Shown here: positions 10,198 to 20,000 of the stretch, one piece after another
Numbering within the stretch: the first letter of the stretch is position 1
Layout of the letters: each line of letters starts with the position of its first letter
From: Chiloscyllium plagiosum
Lineage: Eukaryota
DNA length: 20,000 bases
Direction: 5' to 3'
Assembly (NCBI RefSeq): GCF_004010195.1
Contig: NC_057750.1
Span: 20,183,102 to 20,203,101, forward strand
Position numbers and translations under genes: made by a program
Notes under the pieces: generated by a model
The model's database searches: none
What the model was told of the DNA's origin: nothing
Seen by the model: the letters and a program-made list of their open reading frames with translations, nothing else

Positions 10198-10262
10198 TTA
10201 AATGGCAGAGTGGACTGGATGGGCCGAATGGCCTTACTTCCACTCCTATGTCTTATGGTCTT

Positions 10263-10410
10263 AATACTGCAGCATTTCATTCACCTCCTGACTTCCCAAA
10301 TCCTGTCCATTGATAAGAGTGTGATGGAATATGCCCCACTTGTATGGATGTTCCAACAACACCAAAGAAGCTCGACACCATCCAAGACAAAACAGCCCAC
10401 TTGACTGGCA
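10263..10410 (+). mobile_element. Host LINE piece 5
   Basis: Encodes ILQHFIHLLTSQILSI..SVMEYAPLVW and, in another frame, KKLDTIQDKTAHLTG, continuing from TLGIL at 7021. Confidence 0.85.
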
Positions 10411-11538
10411 AGGCAAGGACTGATTAGGGATAGTCAACATGGCTTTGTGCGTGGAAAATTATGTCTCATGAACTTGTTTGAGGTTTTTGAATTAACAAAG
10501 AGGATCGAGGAGGGCAGAGCGGTGGACGTGACCTATATGGACTTGAGTATAGTGTTCAACAAGGTTCCACATGGGAGACTGATTAGCAAGGCTAGATCTC
10601 ATGGAATACGGGGAGAACTGGCCATTTGGATACAGAACTGGCTCAAAGGTAGAAGACAGAGGGTAGTGGTGCAAGATTGCTTTTCAGACTGGAGGCCTGT
10701 GACCAGTGGTGGGTCACAAGGATCAGTGCTGGGTCCACTACTTTTCGTCATTTTATATAAATGATTTGGATGTAAGCATAACAGGGATAGTTAATAAGAC
10801 TGCAGATGACACCAAAATTGGAGGTGTAGTGGACAGTGAAGAATGTTACCTCACAGTACAACCGGATCTCGACCAATTGGCCACTGAGAAGTGGCAGATG
10901 GAGTTTAATTCAGATATATGCAAGATGCTGCATTTTGGAAAAGCAAATCAGAGCAAGATTTGTACACTTAATGGTAAGGTCCTAAGGAGTGTTGCTGAAC
11001 AAAGAGACCTTGGAGTGCAGGTTGGAAGTAGAGTTGCAGGTAGATAGGATAGTGAAGGGGGCATTTGGTATGCTTTCCTTTATTGGTCAGAGTATTGAGT
11101 ACAGGAGTTGAGAGGTCATGTTGCGGCTGTACAAGACATCGGAATATTGCATGAAATTCTGGTCTCCTTCGTATAGGATGGATATTGTGAAACTGAAAGG
11201 GTTCAGAAAACATTTACAAGGATGTTGCCAGGGTTGGAGGGTTTGAGCTAAAGGGAGAGGTTGAATAAGCTAGGGCTGTTTTCCCTAGAGGTCAGAGACT
11301 GAGGGGTGACCTTACAGAGATTTATAAAATTAGGAAGGGCATGGATAGGATAAATAGACAAGGTCTTTTCCTTGGGATGGGGGATTCTAGAACTAGAGGG
11401 GCATAGGTTTAAGGTGAGAAGTGTTTAGAGGGACATGGGCCAAGCGCTGACAAATGGGGCTAGATTAAGTTACGATATCTGGTTGGCATGGACAAGTTGA
11501 ACCAAAGGGTCTGTTCCCTTGCTGTACATCTCTGACTA
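10411..11538 (+). mobile_element. 5'-truncated CR1 (HER1-like), RT to 3' end
   Basis: SQHGFVRG, YMDLSIVFNKVPHGRL, QGSVLGPLLF, TADDTKIGG, WQMEFN; 3' terminus ...gctgtacatctctgact; internal deletion near 11420 relative to the copy at 15925. Confidence 0.93.
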
Positions 11539-12089
11539 ATTACCCCCTCTTCTGGCACCAGTGTCTACCAAGGGTTAGAAGATTATGGTCAGTGCTTACC
11601 ATTCTCACTTCTCTCAGCATCAAATACATCCTATATGTTCCAGTTGTACTACACTGCCTTTTATCCTGACTCTCTGTCACTACCAAGTCAATCCACTTCC
11701 ACCTCTTTCTCCACCTCTTGGTGAATATGGTTGTGTTAACAGAAAGCAATGTGAAAGTAGATGTATTTCGCCCAGAAACAGCGTCCAGGGACAGAGGAAA
11801 CAAAGGCAAACTTGATTATAATAGCAAAGGGAAGCTTGGAATTGAGAGCTCAGAAAGGTAACATTGACTATGGCCACTGCAAGCCTTTTCGCAGAACAGT
11901 CTGAGAATGTTTATAGCCTTAAAACTGGTCCTTTAACATTTAGACTAAAGTGTAATGTTGAATTCAAGAAAACATTTGCTGCACACTAGAAAATAGACAG
12001 GCAGGGAGGCACAGAACAAAAAGGGGGAACCAAAGATATGCAGAAGATAAAAACATTTGTTCTCATTAAGTGATAACAGGATGTTCATG

Positions 12090-12250
12090 GGGATCTTGAT
12101 CAGATAATCCAATGGGCTGAGGAGTGGCAGATGGAGTTTAATTTAGATAAATGCAAGGTGCTGCATTTTGGGAAAGCAAATCGTAGCAGGATTTACACAC
12201 TTAATGGTAAGGTCCGAGGGAGATTTGCTGAACAAAGAGACCTTGGAGTG
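12090..12250 (+). mobile_element. Short internal CR1 RT fragment
   Basis: Encodes DLDQIIQWAEEWQMEFNLDKCKVLHFGKANRSRIYTLNGKVRGRFAEQRDLGV; closely matches 16014-16168. Confidence 0.9.
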
Positions 12251-12769
12251 ACTGAACAAGTTAAAAAGCCTAACTCAACAATAATTCAGCAAGAGCACCC
12301 TCCCAGGTAGGCAGAGACCAGTTAATGAAGTGACGGAGAGAAAAAACCCTCTTACCCTCTAAGTTTTGTGTGTAGCCTTTCACAAAATCCCCAGTGTTGA
12401 TTTCAAATGCTGATCCTCAGTATTAGAAGGGTAAGTGTCGATGAAGGGTATATGGGTATCTAAGTGATGCTGGGAGAGCTCAATACTGAGAGTGCAGAAT
12501 GGAAACCTTGCACTTCCCTTGGGAATGAGGGCGCTCAATTGATGAGCGCAAAACAACAGTGCAGCTTTATCAACAAGGACTGGAAAAAATAAACACATCT
12601 AGTTGGCACTTTGTTTTGCACTGATCCTCGTTGCCCTATTCAAGGGGCTGAATCTTGCTGGGAAATGGTTACAAAGGCTTGTTCAGACCTCCAGTCCTTT
12701 GCTGCAATGACTATCCTAACAATTGGAGCCTGGTTCAGCAATTGAAGAAGGGTATTGTGGTTACCCACA

Positions 12770-13160
12770 AAATGGCCTCGACAATTTGCTGAATGTACAC
12801 AGTTCTGGTCACTATATTTTCATAAAGGACTCATAACACTGGAGAAAGTACTACAAAGGTTCACGAGGATGCTACCAGAACTAAAAGTCCTTATTGATGA
12901 ATAGGCAGGAGCTATTTCCTCAAAAAGAAAAGACAGAATTGTGTGTTAGAGGTCTTTGGTAGGGTGGATGTTGCCAATTATAGATGAGGTTAGACTAGGA
13001 GGCATCAATTCAATTATTAATAATTTCATTTGGAAACTCAAATTTAGTCCCTCAAAGAGTAGGGAGAATGTGGAACTTGCTCCCATAAGGAATGATAGAG
13101 AAGAAGCGCCATCATGAAACTTTTGGGCTGAATAACCTGTTCCTACAGTGCAAAATCTCA
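12770..13160 (+). mobile_element. Old CR1 3' fragment
   Basis: Remnants CTQFWS, LEKVLQRFTRMLPEL, RMWNLLP, and 3' end gggctgaataacctgttcct. Confidence 0.65.
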
Positions 13161-14130
13161 AATAATCCTGTTCTCCTGCATCAAGCTAAGCCAAAAATAA
13201 CAATCAACCTAATTTTGCTGACTACCACTGGCTTCTCCCCACTGCAAACATAACACACTAGGCTTCAGTCACAACCACCACCAAGCAAACATAGCTGAAC
13301 TCAGTCTTATTGCCAGTGTGCAGGAAATATCATTGATGAAAAATCATTCAAGGCCACAGCAAAGCCTTGCTCCACCAGAGGTGCAGCACCCAGAGACTTC
13401 TCACATTAGCCAGTACTTTGTTCTGTGACTATCACCCCTAACAGTCCTAGTTCTCCATTTCTGTGACATAAGAGTGGTCTTTGCAGCACACTCTGGTCTC
13501 AGTTTGAGGCTTTGGAAGTTATAGAACATGTGACTACAGCCAATATTTTTGGACTCTTGTGGGACCTTGTGGCCCCCTTATCTTTGGGTGGGATACATGG
13601 AGATGATTCAAGATGCTGAAGGAATACTGTTCAGTAGCAGGAACCAGCAGATAGTGAATGAAGGCATCCCAGTTATTTTCCTTTTCTGTTTCACGTCTTC
13701 TGCAGATTTATTATGAATGCAACTTCATCAGCTTTGCCCAAATCCTGAGAAAACATTATTTTTAAAACATCCTGCAGTGTTGAGGCTGACTGCTGCCCTG
13801 CCTCTCCATCAGCTTTGGATAAGGTCAGTAGAATTAGCATTAGGCCCCAGGTTGGAAGTTTTACGCCTGCGTTGCTGAGGGCTGCCTGACTTCACCAGGC
13901 TGTCAAGGAGCGACAACAGGGTTTATTTATAGAACACACCACTGAAGGCAATCCTCCCTTTTACAGAACTTCAGACTTTCACAAACACAAGGCATGGAAG
14001 AAACACAATCTTTCGCAAGCACAACTGCCGTGAGAACCACTTCTGAACAGGAGAAGGTCAACATTCTTGCTCAGCTGTGGCAACAGCCACAGCTGCTCAA
14101 TGCTTGGCTGTCACTCTGCCTGATCAAAAT

Positions 14131-14590
14131 GACACCAGAGATTTAAGTAGGGGGTCATTTGGTCCTTCAAGCCTGGTCTGCCAATGAGATCACACCTGAC
14201 CTTTGACCTCAAGCCCACTTTGCCCACCCATTTCCCATATTAGTCAATTTCCTCGTGTCCAGAAATCTCTCAATCTGTCTCAAATATAATCAACAACTGA
14301 GCACACACAGCTTTTGGTTAGGGGGATTGCCAAAGATTCTAAGTCCTTCAAGCGAGGACAATAGTTCTCATCTTCAACCAATCCTTTGTTACAGCCCCAG
14401 TTCTAGACTCTCCACTTCTGAGTTTGGAGGTGGGGGGGCACTGTTAAAAACTCCCAACAATTTCACACATTTCAAATGCTAACCGCTAGACAACACAGGA
14501 CTATTCTATTCAGTGTCTCATCAGACAGCAACAATTCCAACCCAGAATGTGGCAAACATCTGTTGTACCACTTCCAAAGGAAAGATATTC
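14131..14590 (-). mobile_element. Old CR1 3' end
   Basis: ggtcatttggtccttcaagcctg...ccaatgagatca...aaatctctcaatct...ccagttctagactctcc resembles the reverse-complemented CR1 3' UTR and ORF2 end. Confidence 0.6.
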
Positions 14591-14814
14591 ACCAAAGATA
14601 AAGGAGAAAAATGCAAGACAAAGAATAAAAGGATCTTCTCTCCAAGCAGGAAATCAATGACGCGGAGTTTAAGTTCCATCTAGATTGAAGGTCACAACTT
14701 TTCAAGTAGAAGTAAGGAGTATTCTTGAGCCTGAGATCAAACCTACTGCAACCCAAGAGAAATAAAGCACATAACTTCACCCCATCCTTCCTTTAATGAT
14801 ACACCATTCAGGTA

Positions 14815-15000
14815 ATACAGGGAGCTCTATAGTGTACCTAACCTGTGCTGGGAGCTCTCAATGCTGACATTGGGGAAAAAGTAGGGGGACACACCATCAG
14901 GCTATTGTTCGAGGGAGCTCGACACGGTGTCTAACTTCTGGACACGAGGAAATGGGTGGGCAAAGTGGACTTGACAGTGCGCGATGCTGACATTGCGGGA
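14815..15000. repeat. Two degenerate units of a satellite-like repeat
   Basis: GGGAGCTC...CTAAC...ATGCTGACATTG occurs twice (ATGCTGACATTG at 14861-14872 and 14984-14995); resembles a recalled shark gagggagctttactctgtatctaacc satellite. Confidence 0.5.
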
Positions 15001-15031
15001 ATGACAACAAGAGAGAGTCCTCATCCCCTAG

Positions 15032-15100
15032 CAGCCATGACCGAATGGCTGAGCAGACTCAATGGGCCAAATGGCCTAATTTCTGATCCTCTGTCTTACG
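15032..15100 (+). mobile_element. Very short CR1 3' terminus
   Basis: cagccatga...aatggc...gact...atgggcc.aatggcct...cct.tgtctta.gg aligns with 10189-10258. Confidence 0.75.
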
Positions 15101-15389
15101 GACAATCTCTGTCCTAGGCACAATACTCAAATTTCTGATCAAAACAGTAAATTTCAACCAACTGTTTACCTGCACACAAATGATAGCACAATTCTTCCAA
15201 CAAGCTGTTAAAAACTCAATACAACTCCATAATGATCAACAGGCAGAATATTCCCCACAATCCATGAGGACTTTGAAAGGACACAAATTAAGATCTAACA
15301 GTACAGACAGGAAAGAAAAAAAGTCAAATTTCAAAATCTTCCTTTCTTTGCCCTCCTCACTCTTAACATGCACATAACCTCCTATTAAC

Positions 15390-15685
15390 TCTGACCTCTG
15401 TACTCCTCCAGTTCTGGTTTCATGAGCATTCTGATTTTATCACTCCATTATTTTGACCATGCTTTCAGTAGCTGGAAATCCTTTACTGATTCTTTCCACA
15501 CATCTCTCTCCTTCAATACATTCCCTAAAACCTCCCCCTTTGACCATGCTTCTGATCACTCATTGTCCTAATACCCACTTCCAAGGTTTGGGACCAAACA
15601 AATTAATTTCAGTTCCTGCACAGGTTGGGTGGTGGGCTTGGAAAGTGAAAAGGTACTTTATGGGTAAACACAAGCTGTTGCTGTT
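15390..15685 (+). mobile_element. Old L2-like LINE 3' end
   Basis: ctccagttctgg...gagcat...ccttcaatacattccctaaaact...tttgacca.gctt...gtcctaata...aaacacaagctgttgctgtt resembles a recalled shark L2 ORF2 end and (TTG)n-like tail. Confidence 0.55.
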
Positions 15686-15924
15686 TCCTGTTTAATTGCT
15701 ATCTTGTGCGAGTGCTGACGAATAAGGCAGAAAGGTCTATGAGAAAAACATTACCACAAATATAGTCAAACATACTGGGTACACACGGGAAAGGCCCAGG
15801 CTCCACACCCATGTACTGAGGCTGTTTCAAAATGGAGACCGTGAAGACAACCAGAATTAGTGTCTCAATGGGCCCACTTTTTATTTTGTTTGTATGGGGC
15901 GGGGTTGGGAGAAGAAGAGGAGAC

Positions 15925-16860
15925 ATATAAGGGGAATAGTTAGTAAGTTTGCAGATGACACCAAAATTTGGATGTGCAGTGGACAGCGAAGAGGGTTACC
16001 TCAGATTACAACAGGATCTTGACCAGATGGACCAATGGGCTGAGAAATGGCAGATGGAGTTTCAGATAAATGCGAGGTGCTGCATTCTGGAAAGGCAAAT
16101 CCTAGCAGGATTTACACACTTAATGGTAAAGTCCGAGGGAGTGTTGCTAAACAAAGACCTTGGAGTGCAGGTTCATAGCTCCTTGAAAGTGGGGTCGCAG
16201 GTCGATAGGATAGTGAAGGCAGCGCTTGGTATGCTTTCCTTTATTGGTCAGAGTATTGAGTACAGGAGTCGGGAGGTCATGTTGCAGCTGTACAGGACAT
16301 TGGTTAGGCCACTGTTGGAATATTGCGTGTAATTCTGGTCTCCTTCCTATCGGAAAGATGTTGTGAAACTTGAAAGGGCTCAGAAAAGATTTACAAGGAT
16401 GTTGCCAGGATTGGAGGGTTTGAGCTACAGGGAGGGGCTGAACAGGCTGGGACTGTTTTCCCTGGAGCGTCGGAGGCTGAGGGGTGACCTTATAGAGGTT
16501 TATAAAATCATGAGGGGCATGGATAGGATAAATAGGCAAAGTCTTTTCCCTGGGGTCGGGGAGTCCAGAACTAGAGGGGCATAGGTTTAGGTTGAGAGGG
16601 GAAAGATATGAGAGACCCAAGGGGCAACTTTTTCACACAGAGGGTGGTATGTGTATGGAATGAGCTGCCAGAGGATGTGGTGGAGTCTGGTACAATTGCA
16701 ACATTTAAGCGGCATTTGGATGGGTATATGGATAGGAAGGGTTTGGAGGGATATGGGCCTGATGCTGGCAGGTAGGACTACATTGGTTTGGGATATCTAG
16801 TCGGCATGGACGGGTTGGACTGAAGGGTCTGTTTTCGTGCTGTATATCTCTAGGACTCTA
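15925..16860 (+). mobile_element. 5'-truncated CR1 (HER1-like), RT C-terminus to 3' end
   Basis: VSKFADDTK, WQMEF, DLGVQVHSSLKV, LYRTLVRPLLEYCV, LERAQKRFTRMLPGLEGLSYREGLNRLGLFSLERRRLRGDLIEVYKIM; tail ctctaggactcta. Confidence 0.95.
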
Positions 16861-16959
16861 TACCTGTGCCTTGGTAGGTTATCCCACCACGGAAGCTGTA
16901 ACAGAGCACCTTTACAGTCATTGGGCACGTTGGTATACAGAAGAGACAATAGAGGAGCA

Positions 16960-17100
16960 CAGACTTGGGGCTTGAACCTATCCACTCTGTTAAAGAACAG
17001 AAACAAAACTCTTCTCTCGCCGTTTTTGTCATTTCAGGACATCCCCAAGGCATCGTGTAGCCAACAAAGTGCTCCCTGAGCATTGTACTGGAAATCAAGT
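16960..17100 (-). mobile_element. Decayed DeuSINE-like fragments
   Basis: ggggcttgaacc (reverse B box), caggacatccccaaggc...agccaa and ctccctgagcattgtactggaa resemble DeuSINE pieces; order is irregular. Confidence 0.35.
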
Positions 17101-20000
17101 TTCGCACCTGATAAGCTAAACCTTGACTCCATCCATACCTTGACAAGTGGCCACTCAGCCAAGACTCCCCTCTAATAATGGAATGTCCAGCTGGATCAGA
17201 CTTAGCAACACTGTTTACTGGGGCAGTGGAGTGGTGTGTGCTGTCACCTGCTTAACCCAACCTGTGCACCCGCACAGCAATATCAACAAATACTCACGGA
17301 AAAACGAAGAACAGGGAGGTGGAGCCCACAAGAAAGGTGGCAGCTGCCGACACCGGGATGTACTTGCTGGGTTTGAATTTCCTCTCCGTTCCCAATGGCA
17401 TATTGCTCGGTCAGCAACCCTGCTCAGCAGCATAGCCCAGGGTAACTGTTGTGGTGGGGGAAGGACAGGGGAAAGAGTAGAGGTGGGATGGGATGAGTCA
17501 CTGACTGAGATCCTGATGTGCCCAGCACAGCATTGGGGGAAGATAGACAAATGGCAGGAAGAAATGGTCAAAACTGGAGGAATGAGTAAAAGGACAAGGC
17601 AGATGAAGAATGGAGGAAAACACTAAGGATACAAAGTGTGCAGAGATGGGCAAATCTTGATTCCACACCAGCTGAAGATGGGGTGCAGATTTGGTGCTCT
17701 TTTGGCAGAGGTGAAGGACGGTGTGCTCTTTTAAGAAGCAAACACACGGACCCAAAACGCTAAACAAAGCTCAGGAACTAGAAAATCTATATGGGAACTG
17801 CTCCAAAATGAAGTCAGGTGCTGAAACTAGATGGAGGAGCTTGTTCAAGATAAGACAGTGAAGACACTACACTTCACACCAGGATCAACCAAACTGTAAC
17901 ATCAAGTTGGAAGAGTTGCAGGCAAGTTCGATCTGGGTCTGGAACCAATTTAAGGAATAAATGGCAATTTATTTTTCGATCCAATGTAGCTTTCTGTTGG
18001 CGATGGACAAGATAAGGATTTCTACCAGAGATTTCTTCCTCATGGGATATCAACAGGAAAACTGGGGCCTTTTTGGACAATGCAAAATCCAATTCTTAGC
18101 AGCAGCTTAGGTTGATCTTCAAGATTACAGGAGAGTAGGGATGTAGAGGGGAGAATAAATCAGACATTGGAGCCTGGTACTAAAATGGACAGAATGGCTG
18201 CAACTCAGATAAGCAAGCTGACAATTAAACAGATTATGGGGGTGAAGGAGCTGAAAATCAAGGCAGAAATCTAGGATCAGGCAGTGCTCTAAAGGTATGA
18301 GACGGAGTGGGGGAGGAAATGTGAGGGGCTATGCCAGCAAGGTTCTAAATCTAATTGCCAAAGCAACAGAAAAATCTTTTCAATTCTGTTCCACTGCTGC
18401 TTTATAAATCTTTGCCACTGTATCTGATTCCCCCACTCCGTCTCCTTCCGATTTCAGACTGTCAAGGCAGCGTTACAGGGATTCAATTCTTGATCGTTAA
18501 ATGGCAGGAGTCTCTTTGCACGTGCAGAGCAGAAACACCAACTTGGGAGCAGTTGGGTGGTTTTTGATAGTGGAGTGGTGCAGGAGATTACAAAAAAAAG
18601 TACAACGAAAATCAGCAAGTGCACAAACGACTCTCTCCTCCTTTTAATTTCCTTTCCTCGTCTTTTCTTCAAATATGCAGAAACCAGAAATAAATCTAGT
18701 GGGAGCAAACACACCAAGCAAATCAGATCAAGATCCAGTGACCATCCCTTCCAAATCCAATTTGTCAGAAACAAACAAACGAAAACGGCGATACAGACGA
18801 CAGTTGAGGCAAGAGACTGGTGATGATGCTCTGAATTCCTCCACTTCGACCAAACGTTCCCACTTGATCTCAAGTTCACACATGCAAGTAAATTCCAATC
18901 CAATTTGAAATCTTCCTTCTGTCTGCGTCTCTCGCCTTGAAGAGAATTCCTAGAGAGGAGAATCAAACCCAAAATTGCTTCCTGAACAGCCAAGGAGAGT
19001 TCCTGAATCACTTATAAAACAAATAACCTGAGCGATGAAGCTTAAAAAGAAAATGAGGAAGAGGTGGAAGCACTTCTTCTTGGCTGACAGTCAAACTTAA
19101 ATTCCAGTTGCAGTGCAATATATTAACCGTCTGTCTTTTAAATCAGCAAACACACTCTTTGGCAGGGAGAACCGTCAAATCCCATCCATCCTTTTGGTGA
19201 GGCCATTTAGTCTTGGAGAGGTCAACTTGCTCCCCTCCTTTCTCCTCTTCTTGCTGAGGGTTTAAGAGAAACAAGATAATTTTAAATGCAGAGAATGAAC
19301 GTAAAAGGAAATGTCAAAAACACAAACGAGCACGCCTTAAATTTTCCTCTTCAGGATGCTTTTAACTCAAATTCGTGAACATTAACTTTTTAAAAGAAAA
19401 TGGAAGTTTGTAACTGTTTCCTTTTCGTAATTTCAATAGATTAAGTTAAAATAGTCTAATCTTTTCTATTCTCGAGTCCCTTTTTCTCCTCGCGATGTCT
19501 TTGACTGAACAAATCTTAAAAACTACATCACCACAGCTTAAAAGTGAAAATAACGATTAAAGACTTGTTTTGAGAAACATCAAAACCTTTCATCTTCGTA
19601 ATGACACAGAGAAGAAGGATTCACAACTGACAACTGCTCTGTCTTTCCTTTTTAAGATTTTACATTCTTATTTAAAACTGAAAACGAAAGCGAAAAAGCA
19701 GTGACATCCATTTCCTTTCTGCTCTCCCAGGTGTTCAATTCTCCCCTTGAAATACTCAAAGAGAAATGGAGAGACTTCTTATTCGTTGTGTTTGGCAGGC
19801 AGGTGGGGGGAGGAGGAAGAAATGAACCCGTCACAGTTTGAAAACAAGAGATATTTTTCCTGAGGACAGTTTGGCCTTAATTTTCCTCTCCTTCCCAATC
19901 CAATGCTTATTCCCCCCTCTTCAATCCTGTCTTCTAAATTAACACGGGTGAAAATATCATTCAGAGTGGGAAGAAAGCCAGGTGGAGAAAGTTGTAAGAG

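Larger units (their letters stand above)
7022..10262 (+). mobile_element. Young 5'-truncated CR1 LINE (ORF1 3' part, ORF2 APE endonuclease + RT, 3' UTR), defective
   Basis: Long near-intact ORFs; ends in CTATGTCTTATGGTCTT microsatellite tail; flanked by AATACT at 7016-7021 and 10263-10268 (TSD); host LINE reading frame resumes on the far side. Confidence 0.96.

Noticed and set aside
15452..15551. 13-bp direct repeat TTTGACCATGCTT (15452-15464, 15539-15551)
   Set aside because: Only two copies, inside a decayed L2-like end; not a CRISPR array or evident TSD.
16147..16620. 157-aa minus ORF and similar antisense ORFs (7277-7582, 9327-9602, 10968-11213)
   Set aside because: Shadow frames opposite CR1 coding sequence.
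17147..17626. 159-aa plus ORF and overlapping 118-aa minus ORF
   Set aside because: No recognisable motif or convincing exon boundaries; consistent with chance ORFs.
17780..18290. Possible very old CR1 RT remnants
   Set aside because: Only vague motif echoes; cannot set boundaries or family by eye.
18454..19011. 185-aa minus-strand ORF with hydrophobic stretches
   Set aside because: Starts at GTG with no internal Met and no recognisable domain; hydrophobicity follows from the T-rich strand. A BLASTp or PhyloCSF signal would be needed to revive it.

Overview
Eukaryotic, repeat-rich non-coding DNA, almost certainly from a cartilaginous fish: it carries HE1-like tRNA SINEs and HER1/CR1 LINEs typical of sharks. 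No host protein-coding exon is recognisable. Every ORF with a recognisable product is a retroelement fragment. The core (4821-11540) is an old CR1-clade LINE split by five later insertions: three CR1s and two HE1-like SINEs. The largest is a young 3.2-kb CR1 (7022-10262) with an AATACT target-site duplication, internal deletions and a 178-bp tandem duplication. The most notable sequence-level observations are: (1) a correctly phased T_TTA_AAC slippery heptamer plus a G14 run at the CR1 ORF1/ORF2 junction, a candidate -1 frameshift; (2) a minimal hammerhead-ribozyme core in a Penelope-like terminal fragment (2746-2781); (3) a 39-bp locally templated inverted insertion (14936-14974, copied from 14209-14264); (4) a perfect 16-bp inverted repeat at the edge of a CpG-richer block with no recognisable repeats (18430-20000), which may lie near a promoter. 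Family names come from recalled motifs, not database searches, and boundaries of old repeats are approximate.
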